Below, in pieces: positions 13,521-26,228 of a stretch of 64,000 bases of DNA (position 1 is its first letter; the number at the start of each line of letters is the position of its first letter). The position numbers and the translations under genes are program-made. This DNA is from Octopus sinensis (taxonomy: Eukaryota), in assembly GCF_006345805.1 (NCBI RefSeq), contig NC_043009.1, positions 53,072,001 through 53,136,000 of the forward strand, written 5' to 3'. The notes below the pieces were generated by a model. It saw only the letters and a program-made list of their open reading frames with translations. It did no database searches and had not been told where the DNA came from.

Positions 13521-14032
13521 ATGAAATCAGACAGTATCTCAACTCAAAATTGGAACTAATAGTGTGAATTACGGAATTAACTCCAATGGTTATATTCCTG
13601 AACTAGATTTTCATTTGTTAGGTAAAATTAATTTCGAGTGTGATAATATCTTTTAAACAGCACATAAATGGTCTGATCAATAAGTATCCGGACGGTTGCT
13701 ATAGTAACGATGCTAAAGCATGCAGAAGAAGCCGCTTGGCACAGATTGATGAGCAGAAAATCTGCATCAAATTTTGCCAGAAGTTTGGCGATACCTGATT
13801 AGAGATCTCTACAAAGTTTTCAAAAAGTCATCATCGTTCTCCACACAAACAAGGAGATCTTGTACAACTGGAACAAGAGTGTCTTTTTGGTCAGCTGAAA
13901 GCAGTTTTAGTACAAACTTGGCAGACACGCACCTCATACACAATTCTTCAGTGATATATATATGTATGTATATATATATATATGCTTAGCAATGTATATT
14001 CATTTATCTATGTGTATGCATGCATGTATATA

Positions 14033-14116
<84 letters not shown>

Positions 14117-15419
14117 TATTGAATTGTGCAATACAATAGTATTGCTTCCCAGTAAAATAAAGCACCATCAGGTTAAAGTATAAATATCGGATAGTGGTAC
14201 AGCAACGCACCAATATTTACTGGAAATAGCAGTCGATAATTTACGACGGTATAGTAAAGCTTCACTGTATATATTTCATCCCGCTGAAAAGAAGTCCCTG
14301 AATAGGAGCTGTTTAAAAAAGGTTTAACGAAACGCCCATGTTTCCAGACGTGAATTATCCAAGCCCAAAGAATTACTCTCAGCACATGGTTATGCTGCTC
14401 TCCCACTACTTCTGCTGGTAATCGGAGATGCACATATCTTCAGCCACTAAGGGGCATGCTCAACTAGTTATGGTCAAACAACTGACAAGTAAATCTGTGT
14501 TATTCAGCAGAATATTTGCTTATTTGTATATCATTAATTATTATATTCATTATTGTAACGAGCATAATTGTGTGTATTTAAATCGTTTAAACGTATATTT
14601 TCTCAAGTGTGAACGCTTTAGAGCCTGTTCCTATCTTGTGTTTATAAAAGTAAATTTAGAAGTGAAAATCTAGTAGACTTCTTGCAGACAAAGGTTTTTA
14701 TCTATCTATTATCGCCGCACTAATTATCTGCTAGACAATCGAATATACTGTGTTACTATCTTTTAATTCTCAAAGTATATATGTATGTCGATATAGTTCT
14801 TGTAGATCACATATAATCACGTGTATATCAATATGGTATAATTATATGGTATAATTATAAACAGGACAAATTTTAGCCATTTCTCCGCAGACTGAAAAAA
14901 AAGGAGGAACAACCTTAATCGATTTTTGAACCTTATTGAGTTCTCGTCAGTGGCGTCTACATCATTCTGATAGCCTCCAGTGAAACAAGCAGCCAAGCTG
15001 TTTATATACTCGACAAATGCAGCAGTTACTCTATGAAGAAGTCCCTAATTTGCATACTGAAAGTGTTTAACACTCTATAAATACCAGCGTCCTGTCCACA
15101 TAGTATCAAGGTATGATATAATATATATTTAACATATGGTGTAATTATAAACAGGGCATATTTTAGCCATTCATCCGCAGACTGAACTGATTATTCGCAT
15201 CTACATCCATCGTATATTAGAATCTACCAAGATATGAATATTAATGTTACAACTGAAAACCCTTTTCACCATTGTGCAAAAACTTTGTGAAAGTGGGTGT
15301 ATATATTATGGCATATTGCTGTTATTGTTCATACCAACCGGGAGAGATGAGAATCAACTCTAGTGAGATCCAAACTAAGGACGTTAAGATTTGAGCCTAA
15401 TTATATTCTTTTCGACTCT

Positions 15420-15996
15420 GAGCACAAGGTCTGAAATTTTGGGGGAGGGGGGGACAGTCGATTAGATCGAGTCCAGTACACAACTGGTACTTAATTTATC
15501 GACCCCGAAAGGATGAAATGTAATTTTGAACTCAGAACGGAAAGACAGAAGAAATACCGCTAGCATTTCGCCCGGTGTGCTAACGTTTCTTCTTTCTTTA
15601 CTGCCCACAAGGGGCTACACACAGAGGGGACAAACAAGGACAGACAAACGGATTAAGTCGATTACATCGACCACAGGTACTTATTTAATCGACCTCGAAA
15701 GGATGAAAGGCAAAGTCGACCTCGGCGGAATTTGAACTCAAAATGTAGCGGCAGACGAAATACCTATTTCTTTATTACCCACAGGGGACTAAACAAAGAG
15801 GGGACAAACAAGGACAGACAAAGAGATTAAGTCGATTACATCGACCCCAGTGCGTAACTGGTACTTAATTTATCGACCCCGAAAGGATGAAAGGCAAATT
15901 CGACCTCGGCAGAATTTGAACTCAGAACGTAACGGCAGACGAAATACCGCTAAGCATTTCGCCCGGCGTGCTAACGTTTCTGCCAACTCGCTGCCT
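15420..15996 (-). mobile_element. SINE family A head followed by tandem partial copies
   Basis: One head near 15990 and repeated body/tail units joined at aaataggtatttcgtc. Confidence 0.8.
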
Positions 15997-16064
15997 TTGA
16001 GCCTGTATCTACTAATTGTCACTCGTATACTGTCACAATACTGAAAAGAGTTTTCTGTACATAC

Positions 16065-16227
16065 GGACAATATTCCCTGTCGTATTTTTCACTTGTAATA
16101 TTAAAGTTCATAAATAAAGCGATCCCTTTGCTGTAGAGCTGCTGGAATCCCTCCAATCCATCTGTTGATGTATTCTGTAATAATTTCATTATCTTTTCTG
16201 TTAAGCATGGTATACCTCCAAGTATAG
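16065..16227 (-). CDS. Gene A internal exon (ILGGIPCLTEK...KYDREYC)
   Basis: tttcag acceptor and GTATGT donor; 163 bp, phase 1 to 2, open frame. Confidence 0.8.
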
Positions 16228-16692
16228 CTGAAATAGATTGAAGAAAATGTGCAATAAATTAACATTTCATTTAGATTCTTTAAATCATGTGTCAGTTTAT
16301 GTGATGAAGTATATGGATGCGTATGTGTGTGCACATACAAATTATATACATAATTTGTGTGATTGCGTGTGTGTGCATTTGTATGTGTGTTTGTGTCTGT
16401 GTTTATTGTGTGTGTGTGTATGTTTATGTGCGTCTGTGTCTGTGTACTGTGAATATTTCTCAGATATAGAAAATATACTATTTCAGATTAGTAAGAGTTT
16501 CTGTTATACAAACAGAAGAAAAAAGTGAGGAGCGGAGTAGTGTTTGTAAATTCGACTTCGCAAGTCTGTCGGAGAAATAATTGTTTTTGGAATTATGTCT
16601 ATAGATTTTTTCTTTAATCTGACAGATATCAAAGGGGAATATTACTTATGGCATTGCAGCTGACACGAACATATATCAGGTCTTCCATGTAC

Positions 16693-16876
16693 AGAGGAAT
16701 ATTCCATGTCGTATTTTTTTCTTGTAATTTTCGACTGCGCCATATCCATAAATAAACTTGACCCTTTGTTGAAGAGCTGCTGGAATTTCTCCAATCCACC
16801 TGTTGATGTATTCTGTACTATTTTAATTATCTTTCCTACTAAGCATGGCAACCAGGGATACGTAACAAATCCTCGC
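16693..16876 (-). pseudogene. Duplicated copy of gene A exon 16065-16227, probably a pseudo-exon
   Basis: PCLVGKIIKIVQNTSTGGLEKFQQLFNKG aligns with PCLTEKIMKLLQNTSTDGLEGFQQLYSKG. The terminal Cys and the phase-2 donor are lost. Confidence 0.65.
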
Positions 16877-17994
16877 CTACACCAAAGTTGAAAGTGGTTG
16901 CATTAGATAGGTTAGAACCACCTGATAGGAAATTTCCAACACAGGCAAAATTTAACTAAGTTTTTCTTTTAAACTGGAAACGGTCACCATTACTCTCAAT
17001 ATTGCTTCCAGCGATCAGCAACATTATTTTCGAATCGTAACATATAGCTCATCGGACACCACACAACTTGATACTGGGCAAGTAAAGAGTGATAGGCCTG
17101 GGGGTTGTTATTGGCTGTAACTGTTGAGATGTCAGTAGAAAGGTTAACAGTTTGCTGGCTGCGTGAGACATGTGAAAAAGTATGTTTATGAAGAAAGATT
17201 CAATAATTCTCATCGGCTGTAACAAATGGTGACGGTTCAAGAACAAAATATATTGATTTTCAGAAACGGTTAGTTTAGATTTGGAAGATCTCTGACAAAT
17301 TTAATAACTTGCTATGACAAGAAACTTGAATTGCATAGACTGTTGTGCAGTAATTTGGCAAGGAATGAATTACCTTAAACGATAATATGATTCTATGTGA
17401 TTAGAATATGTGGTTTAGGAGATCACGTGATTGTACATAATAGAAGGTTAATTGCAAGACATTTAGATTAAAGTTCCTGCTACAAATTCTTTGCTAAGCC
17501 ACATATCTCAACTTGAACTCGAGAGCACAGTATGTCTTTCATCAAAGATTTCGTGGCTACGGCCTGGGAGCAACAGCACGATTTCCCAACCCACGTACAG
17601 GATACTTTTACGAGACACAATTCGTACGGAAGACTGTTGGCTCAAAATCGGATCATCCGTCCTCTGACGAGACTCGGTTTTAGTCCTGAGAAATGAACAC
17701 AAATCCCACCTCACTAGGTAAACCAGGCGGGGCAGTCAGTTTGTCGCTGACTACTCGACTATGCAACAGGTGGTAAAGGATGAGCTCATATATATATTGC
17801 TTGGTTTGATCGTCCGCTGCAAAATAAAGCCGCGGAAATCTCTGCGAATCATGAAGAAACTGATTTTGTATTACCGAATTCAATGAAGATATACACAAAC
17901 ATGCAGGAAGTAAATAGACACCTTTAATTTTCAAAATCTTTTATATAATACGCAAAGCGAACAATTGAAATGTAATCGATAGGTAGGACTACAT

Positions 17995-18760
17995 ACTTTA
18001 GTATTTAGTTGACATTCCCTTTGCAGTTTTTAATTCAGAAACTGTTTTTGGCATTGAACTGATGAGCTTTGTGATTTTCTCATGTGGAATTTCTACCCGC
18101 TTTTCACGCAACAATCGAAACAATTCATCTTTAGATTTAGGTTTCTGTCGAGTTTTTCGTATAGCTCTATCTAGTATGCTCCAAAGATTTTCAATTGGTT
18201 TCATGTCAGGAGATTGGCTCGGCCAAGGAAGCTTTTTGATTCCATTTTCAGTCAGCCATTTTTAATTCCTTTTCGTTGTGTGGCATAGAGCCCCATCTTC
18301 CATGAATAAGAACTCATTTTTCGTTATGTTATCGTGTGAGTACATCTGAAGTAGTCCTTGCTTAAGTATTTTGATGTATTTTTCAGAGTTTATGGTTCCG
18401 ACGCATTCGATCAGTTCAGAACGACCATTACTGGTGACAACTCCCCATACCATTACAGGGATACCGCCATGATTCACAGTTGGTTGGAGTCGTTTCAAAT
18501 CAAATTCTTGATTGGGAAGCCTCCAGACCTAAACACGTCCACTGTTTGAAAATAATGCAAATCCGGATTCATCTGAGAAAATCACTCTATCCCAAAATGC
18601 ACTGGATTTTTCTGACATCTTCTTAGCCCATTTCTTTCTCTTCATGATATAAATTAGTTGAAGGAGAGGTTTTCTTCTAGCCGCTCGCCCATAATACCCA
18701 AGCTTATGCAGATATGTAACACGCGTTCTTGGACTAACTTCGAGCTGCTTTGCAATGTCA
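17995..18760 (-). mobile_element. Tc1-family transposase relic
   Basis: GYYGRAARRKP, VIFSDES, TVNHGGIPVMVWG, FMEDGA and SPDMKPIENLW motifs, broken by stops and frameshifts. Confidence 0.85.
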
Positions 18761-18822
18761 GAAGCTTACCGTTAATATAAAAATATCTGCTAAATGTTTT
18801 CTCTACAAAACCTAAACAGCTT

Positions 18823-19241
18823 AGGCGCTGGAGTGGCTGTGTGGTAAGTAGATTGCTAACCAGCCACATGGTTCCGGGTTCAGTCCCACTGCGTGGCATC
18901 TTGGGCAAGTGTCTTCTGCTATAGCCCCGGGCCGACCAAGCCTTGTGAGTGGATTTGGTAGACGGAAACTGAAAGAAGCCTGTCGTATATATGTATATAT
19001 TTATATATGTGTGTATGTGTGTGTGTTTGTGTGTGTGTTTGTCCCCCAAGCATTGCTTGACAACCGATGCTGGTATGTTTACGTCCCCGTCACTTAGCGG
19101 TTCGGCAAAAGAGACCGATAGAATAAGTACTGGGCTTACAAAGAATAAGTCCCGGGGTCGATTTGCTCGTCTAAAGGCGGTGCTCCAGCATGGCCGCAGT
19201 GAAATGACTGAAACAAGTAAAAGAGTAAAAGAGTAAAAGAG
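18823..19241 (+). mobile_element. tRNA-derived SINE family B, full length
   Basis: Head aggcgctggagtggctgtgtggtaag, B-box-like gggttcagtccc, internal TG/TA microsatellite and (gtaaaaga)n tail. Confidence 0.85.
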
Positions 19242-19244
19242 AGC

Positions 19245-19570
19245 TTCTTCCTAATGTCCTCATCGCAGATAATGCAATTTCACATGTAACATCAACAAAA
19301 TCTTTCGGCATTCATATTGATAAGTCTCTCCGTTTCAAAACACATATGAGCAATTTATTAAAACAAAATTCCCGTCCTCTTTGTATGTGAAATATAAATT
19401 CTTACTTTCTTCCCGAAAATGCTAGAATCACCCTTATTCATTCTTTAATATGCTCAAAATTGTCTTACTGTGTTGCTGCCTGGGGAATTTTCAAACTTCC
19501 CTAACTCAACTATGCCATTCATAAATCATGGAGGACTCTCAAAATAAACAATCCTCAATCAAAATTACTT
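19245..19570 (+). mobile_element. CR1/L2-like LINE RT C-terminal relic
   Basis: aaatctttcggcattcatattgataag translates KSFGIHID, recalling the KxLGVxxD RT motif. Confidence 0.35.
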
Positions 19571-19951
19571 TCGCTTATTTATATATAGGAGAGCTATATA
19601 TATATATATATATATATATGACAAAGTGAAGTTGTAAGGTACCGCACGAGTGGAATTATATATGAATGAAGGTTTGAAAATGCAGTTTTAAAAGATGTTT
19701 AGTCACTTGACCGGTTTCACTTTTTTAGAAAAAGGTTGTCAAAAGTAACATGTAAAAAGCTTTGTTGTATTAGGTACTGGTTGTCACAAAATATTACAAT
19801 ACATATATACATTCTTTAATAATAATAAGAACATGTTAAAGATTCTCGCATACTCCATCTTCCGTCTCTCAATTAATAAAGAATATAAACCATTTCAAGT
19901 TAAAATAAACATTAAACGATGTTTTATGGGTGTCTAGTTACTTCTGTCATG

Positions 19952-19993
<42 letters not shown>

Positions 19994-20320
19994 ATATAGT
20001 TAGTTAGTTAATCCAAACAAGAAAGCACAAAAAACGCAACAACGCGAAGACGTGGAACAAATATAGTATTATTGGACGCTCAGGAAAGAAGGGGGGTTTA
20101 ACGTTTCGAGCGGAGCTCTTCGTCGGAAACATAGGAGAAGGAACGATCTAGAGAAGGGAAGACAGAGGGAAAAAATCGCCAACGGTACACACGATGTCAT
20201 ATATATATATATGTATATATGTATATATATATATGTATATATATATAAATATATATAAATTTATATATATATAAATTTATATATATATATTATATATATA
20301 AATTTATATATATAAATTAT

Positions 20321-20377
<57 letters not shown>

Positions 20378-20659
20378 TTTTTTTTTCTACCTATTATATA
20401 CGTTATTATTATTATTATTTTTGCAATTTACTTAATCTTTACATTTTATTGTTATTTTAATTTTAACTTTTCTATTATATGTAATTTTCTAGATGGTGTA
20501 ATTTAATTGTTCATTTTGGATTGATAAAAGGTAGTTTTTTTCTAATTTTTTATATATATATTATATTGTGTGAAATTTGATTTAGTATTTCTAAATTGAA
20601 TTTTTTTTCCTTGTAAGTTTGGATTTTATTCCCTCAAATAATAATTATTAAATTATATA

Positions 20660-20708
<49 letters not shown>

Positions 20709-20711
<3 letters not shown>

Positions 20712-21410
20712 TGACATGACAGAAGTAAACAGACACCCATAAAACATCGTTTAATGTTTATTTTAACTTGAAAAGGTTTATATTCTTTATTAATTGACAT
20801 TTTTCTGTTTTATGTTTCAGGTTTTATATGTGATTGTTTAATCATGCCACGTACAAAAGAACCCTTGGAATCGTCCGAATTTCAAAGAGACCGTATCGTG
20901 GGTCGATCTGAAGGTGGACGTATTCAGCGTAAAATCCACCTCACCTCACCCAGGTCCATAAGGTCCCTTTGACAGGATCCTTCGCTTAGTTAAGACAAAT
21001 GTAGAGGATAATCCTCGTTGCAAGGCCTCTGACAAAGCAGAATAAGTTGTTGTCAGTCCTAGAACACCTGTCAGGTATCTCCACAAACTTGGCTACTATG
21101 GCAGAGCAGCAAGAAGAAAGCCTCTTCATCGACCAACCTATATCAAGCGGAGGAAAATTTTGGTCATTGAAATGGTGGAGAGGACACTAGCATTTTCGGA
21201 TACTGTCATATTTTCTTATGAGTCCAGATTTTCTGTATTTTATGACAGTGGTCGAGCGTGGGTCTGGAGACAGTGATCAAGAATTTGACATGAAAAGATT
21301 GTAGCGAACAATGAAACACGGTGGCTATTCGGTGATGCTCTGGGGAGCAATTTGGAGCAATGGTCCATCAGAGTTGATGGAGTGTGAGGGAAACCTGAAC
21401 TCAAATGAAT
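20709..21410 (+). mobile_element. Tc1-family element, 5' part with left TIR, 3'-truncated
   Basis: TA-cactgacatgac start, atgccacgtaca ORF start, GYYGRAARRKP and [10 protein letters not shown]-like motifs. Confidence 0.8.
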
Positions 21411-21473
21411 GTGTCCATATTATTTCACCAACAATGACAAGAAAAATGCCTTAATAAGAAAACTAAATCTTAC

Positions 21474-21619
21474 TTTCTTCGTGTTCACACATCTCCCTGG
21501 TGGCCTCCATCGTCTTCATGATATTTATCCCCATTCTATCTGCCGTTATCTTAATTTGATCACATTGTGTGAGTTTTTCAAAGCAAGCATCAAGTTTCTT
21601 TTTGTCTTCTGAGCCCATC
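21474..21619 (-). CDS. Gene A internal exon (MGSEDKKKLDACFEKLTQC...EMCEHEE)
   Basis: tttttctag acceptor and GTAAGA donor; 146 bp, phase 2 to 1. Confidence 0.8.
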
Positions 21620-21650
21620 CTAGAAAAAGAAATAAATTTAGAAGATAGAT

Positions 21651-21741
<91 letters not shown>

Positions 21742-23142
21742 CACACACACACACGCACTCACATGTATGTATATGTATATGTGTGTGTGATTTAATATAC
21801 ACAGATTTTAAAAATGAGCTACAATAGTTATTTTTTAAAATTCCGTGTATGTCAAATGATATTTATCTGTCACCGGATGGAATACCCTATTTGCTGACCC
21901 TACCAATAAAGAAACAGTAAACTATGTGCCACTGAACTTCCCGTAAACTAGACTCCAATGTTTAAAGCTTAATTAGACGACTTATGAAAAAAGAAAAAAA
22001 ACAAACACGACGAAAGTAAGCTGTCCCCATAAAACGCTTTCCACATTACAAGAATGAAGGCCAACCCAGAATGACGAGACTAAAATGTAAGAAATTCACA
22101 GTCGAACATAAAATATATTTGCATTACTATCATCAGTTACCCAAACGAACATTACTACGGTTTTTGTGTGTAATGTTTTAAAGACTTAACCGATTTCACA
22201 GATTTCTGATTTTCAAAGGTTGAGATAGAATGACGTGGAGGTATGTTGCAACTGTATTGCTTCTGACTGGAGTTAAAAAATTGTCTTGTTTTTATAGAGA
22301 GAACATTGCTCAAATTAGAATCTGTTTTCGATTCGTTTTGATCGACTGATTATGACCATGTGATTAAATTTAGAAATGCTTATAGTTTCCCCGCTACGTA
22401 CGTTCTTTAATTTCAGGGGGATAATATCTTTGGTGCCGTAAGTTAAAGCTGTCATGGTTGAATGAACACATCTAGTACCAATCCCAAACAATGAAAGCTG
22501 TCTGAGTTTTATCGGTCAAATGTAGTGGAAGATCACGTGATTAGCCTTAGTAATTGTTGGTAGGTTCTTCGCCACGTCCATGCGTTAATATCATGTGATT
22601 ATATTTTTTGCACCGAAAATTAAGGCTGACACGGCTGGGTGAACATGTATTGTGCGATTTCCAATCTGATCTCTCTAAATTTAATCTGTCAAGTGGGAAA
22701 GTGGTCAAGAGTTGTTTCTGTGGAGCGCAGTGGTTGAATAGTTATTGTTTGTGTATATCTAGGCAGGTACTAGACATGTTCACTCAACCGTAACAGTTTT
22801 AACTTACGCGCCACAGGATATTGTCAGATTTCATTAAAGAACGGATGTAGCGGGAAATTTACTAACATTTCTAAACCTATTCTCGTGATCATCCACGGCC
22901 AATCTAAACGTACCCCAAACAGGTACTAATTTGAACCAGGTTCTCTCTATAAAAACAAGACAATTTTTGAACTCCAGCTACAGTATAGCTATCTCAACTT
23001 TTGAAAATCAGAGCAATCTGTGAAACAGGGTGTGTCTAAAAACATTTTAAATAAAAAATCTAAACGAATCCCATTGCACTTCTAACTTATTTTTCTACAT
23101 TTCTGCCTATGTGGAGTAAATTAATTTTTGTTATATAAGCAC

Positions 23143-23302
23143 ACACATTAAGTACAAGACATCGCCAACGAGCGAAAAACACGTAAACACACGAGAGATA
23201 AGTATAGCTCTTCTTATTGCAAATTTTCGCATTTTGTCATGTACTTGTCTCTCTGTGTTTACGCGTTTTTCGCTCGCTGGTGATGCCCTGTATTTAATGC
23301 GT
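23143..23302. mobile_element. Small foldback/MITE-like element, about 55-bp imperfect arms
   Basis: cattaagtacaagacatcgccaacgagcgaaaaacacgtaaacac pairs with gtgtttacgcgtttttcgctcgctggtgatgccctgtatttaatg. Confidence 0.55.
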
Positions 23303-23356
23303 ATTTTTGTTATTTATTTATAATCGAACGCCACGCAGCCTTGTCCACAGTACATT

Positions 23357-23437
<81 letters not shown>

Positions 23438-23647
23438 GGGAAAATTCACAAAAAAAAACAAAAACAAAAACAAAAGACGAAGACAGGTGTTGTAGACAAC
23501 AAACATGTATTAGTTTAACATCCGGGAAGTGAAAAAGTCTTTAACGTTTCGAGCCTGCGCTCTTCCATAGAAAGGATCACTGAAAGAAACAAGGAGACAA
23601 AATAAAGAATGTGTCTTGGCTAGCGATCTATCGTAAGTATGTATGTA

Positions 23648-23722
<75 letters not shown>

Positions 23723-23922
23723 CTGCACAGTGTTGCCTCCTATCGGATTTATGTACCTCTCTTTGATATTTCCTAATGATAATGGTTAAAAAGCTAGAAA
23801 AGCTTCGTTAGAGAATCCAACAGGGGGCAGCACCGGACAGATATGTTTTTACATCTTTTACTGTAAGAAAAAAATGTGTCCCCATGTTAATAACAGTGAA
23901 TTTGCCTTTAGAAGTTGAAATA

Positions 23923-25158
23923 TTGGGTTGTCCGGAAAGTTCGTGTCGATTTATGGTAGCTTACCTTTCGACTTATTTTAGAACATGGTTGAGTTCATAA
24001 AACAGGATTTGACTACACCTACATTTAGAGCACAGTTTAAGCTATCTTTTCGTGGAAGAAGGTTTATGCTCCTATAACCTGTGTTAATTCTGTAACCCTT
24101 TAAAATGGAACATAAGAAAGGGGAAAATGCCTCACAAGCAATATGCGCAGTTTACGGTGATATTTCTTTATCCGAAAGAACTGTACCGAAGTGGTTCGCA
24201 AGGTTCCGAGCTGGAGATTGTAGCCTTATTGATAAATAGCGATCAGGCAGACCATCTGCTACAGATGATCACCAAATCAAGTCATTAATTGAGAATAAAC
24301 CACATTGCACAACTTGAGAATTGGCAGAAAGCTCCAACCTATTAAAATCCGTCGTTCATGAGCACCTGGTAAAACTTGGGTACACAAATCGCTACGATGT
24401 TTGGGTATCACATGAGTTGAGTGAGATGAACCTTTTGGATCGCATTTCCATCTGTGATTTGCTTTATAAACGGAATGAAAACGCACCATTTTTAAAGCAA
24501 ATTGTAACAGGTGATGAGAAATAGATTATCTAACGAAATGTTAGAGAAAGCGATCCTGGAATAAGCGACATGAGCCACCCTTAGCCACCCCAAAAGTGGG
24601 TCTTCACCCTAAAAAAGTCTTGCTTTGTATCTGGTGGAACTGGAAAAGAATTCTGTACAATGAGCTTCTCCCAAGTAACCAGACAATTAATTCTGAGAAA
24701 TACTGCACACAACTGGACGAGTTAAAAGCAGCAATTCAAGAGAAACGTCCAGAATTGACCAACAGGAAGGGTGTTGTTTTCCAGCATAATAATGCAAGAC
24801 CGCACGTTTCTTTGGGAACCAGACAAAAATTGCTGCAGCTCAGCTGGGATGTGTTACCCCACCCTCCATATTCACCAGATATTGTTCCTTCGGATTTCCA
24901 CTTATTCAGGTCTCGGCAGAATAGTCTTAACGGTAAAAAATTTAATTACTTGGAAGACGTAAAAAAGATACCTTGATGAATTCTTTGCCCTGAAACCACG
25001 ACAATACTGGGAAGAGGGTATTTTCATGTTAAAGGAAAGATGGATACGCATTGTGCAATAAATGGTTCATATTTGGTTGATTTAAAAATGTAATGGCAAG
25101 TATTTATTGATCTTTTTCTTTCCTTTAAAAATCGGCACGAACTTTCCGGACAACCCAA
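23923..25158 (+). mobile_element. Mariner transposon, full length, defective ORF
   Basis: 30-bp TIRs ttgggttgtccggaaagttcgtg(t/c)cgattt, TA duplications, IVTGDEK, NARPH and HPPYSPD motifs. Confidence 0.95.
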
Positions 25159-25197
25159 TATTTCACAATCATATTCTAACTAACTAAAAATTCGCTT

Positions 25198-25229
<32 letters not shown>

Positions 25230-26080
25230 ACGCACACAAACACACATGCACACACACACACACATACACACACACACACACACACACATTCCATGCTACG
25301 ATAAAAAGTGGTGCACTGCAGTGGAATATTCGACTCGAGTCAAATATAACTAACAGCTACAAATCATTGTTAGAATATCCGCATAAGTGGAGCCATGACC
25401 GGCTAGTTTGTACAGCCACCAATTCGTATTAGTTGCAATGATAATGATATCAAACTAAATGGGTGATATCTTGAAATCATTTAATACGTACGTTTCAAGT
25501 TCGTGTAATATATAATAAGAAATGTATCCATTACTTAAACCTTACTCAGTTAAATATTTCATCACGTAAACATTTCGAAATGAATCTTTGATCAGAAACG
25601 ATACAAACAGTATTCAACATTTCTTTTGTTTCAGGTAATTGTTCAAACGGATTTTATATTTTTGTATGATAACATGTAGTTTGCCATAAGGCGGCGAGCT
25701 GGAAGAACTGTAACCACGCCGGATAGAATGCTTAGCAGTATTTCTTCCGACTTATCCTTCTGAGTTCAAATTTCGCTGGAGTAGAAGTTGCCTTTCGTTC
25801 TCTCCAGGTCGATAAAATAAGTACTTGATATATTAGGATCGATGTAAGCAACTTCTCTCCTTCCCGGAAATTGCTGGCATCGTACTAAAATTTGAAACAA
25901 ATATATTATTTTGCATGATTATCATTAAGAAGAAAACAAATGTCAGACGTTTTAGTATTCTAGCTATCCTCATATTAATCTTATTTCATTGTGTGACTTA
26001 CTCTGCCTGACTTCTGGCTGAATTATAAAGCAATGAACAATTAATTGAATAATGAGTATTTAAATAAAATATCAAATTAC

Positions 26081-26228
26081 TTGCACATCGCATCCATCTG
26101 ACTTCTTATCGCGTTTGGATTCGCTTCTACTGAGACTGGGTGACTTAATTTCGCTGTACAACTCTGAAATTCACTTGAAGCTGTGTCCATACAACCATTG
26201 CTCAATGTTATCCACAGAAAAATAGTAA
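26081..26228 (-). CDS. Gene A exon with the end of a signal-peptide-like stretch (TIFLWITLSNGC...QMDAMC)
   Basis: tttcag acceptor and GTAATT donor; 148 bp, phase 1 to 2. Paralogous to 57791-57935. Confidence 0.8.
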
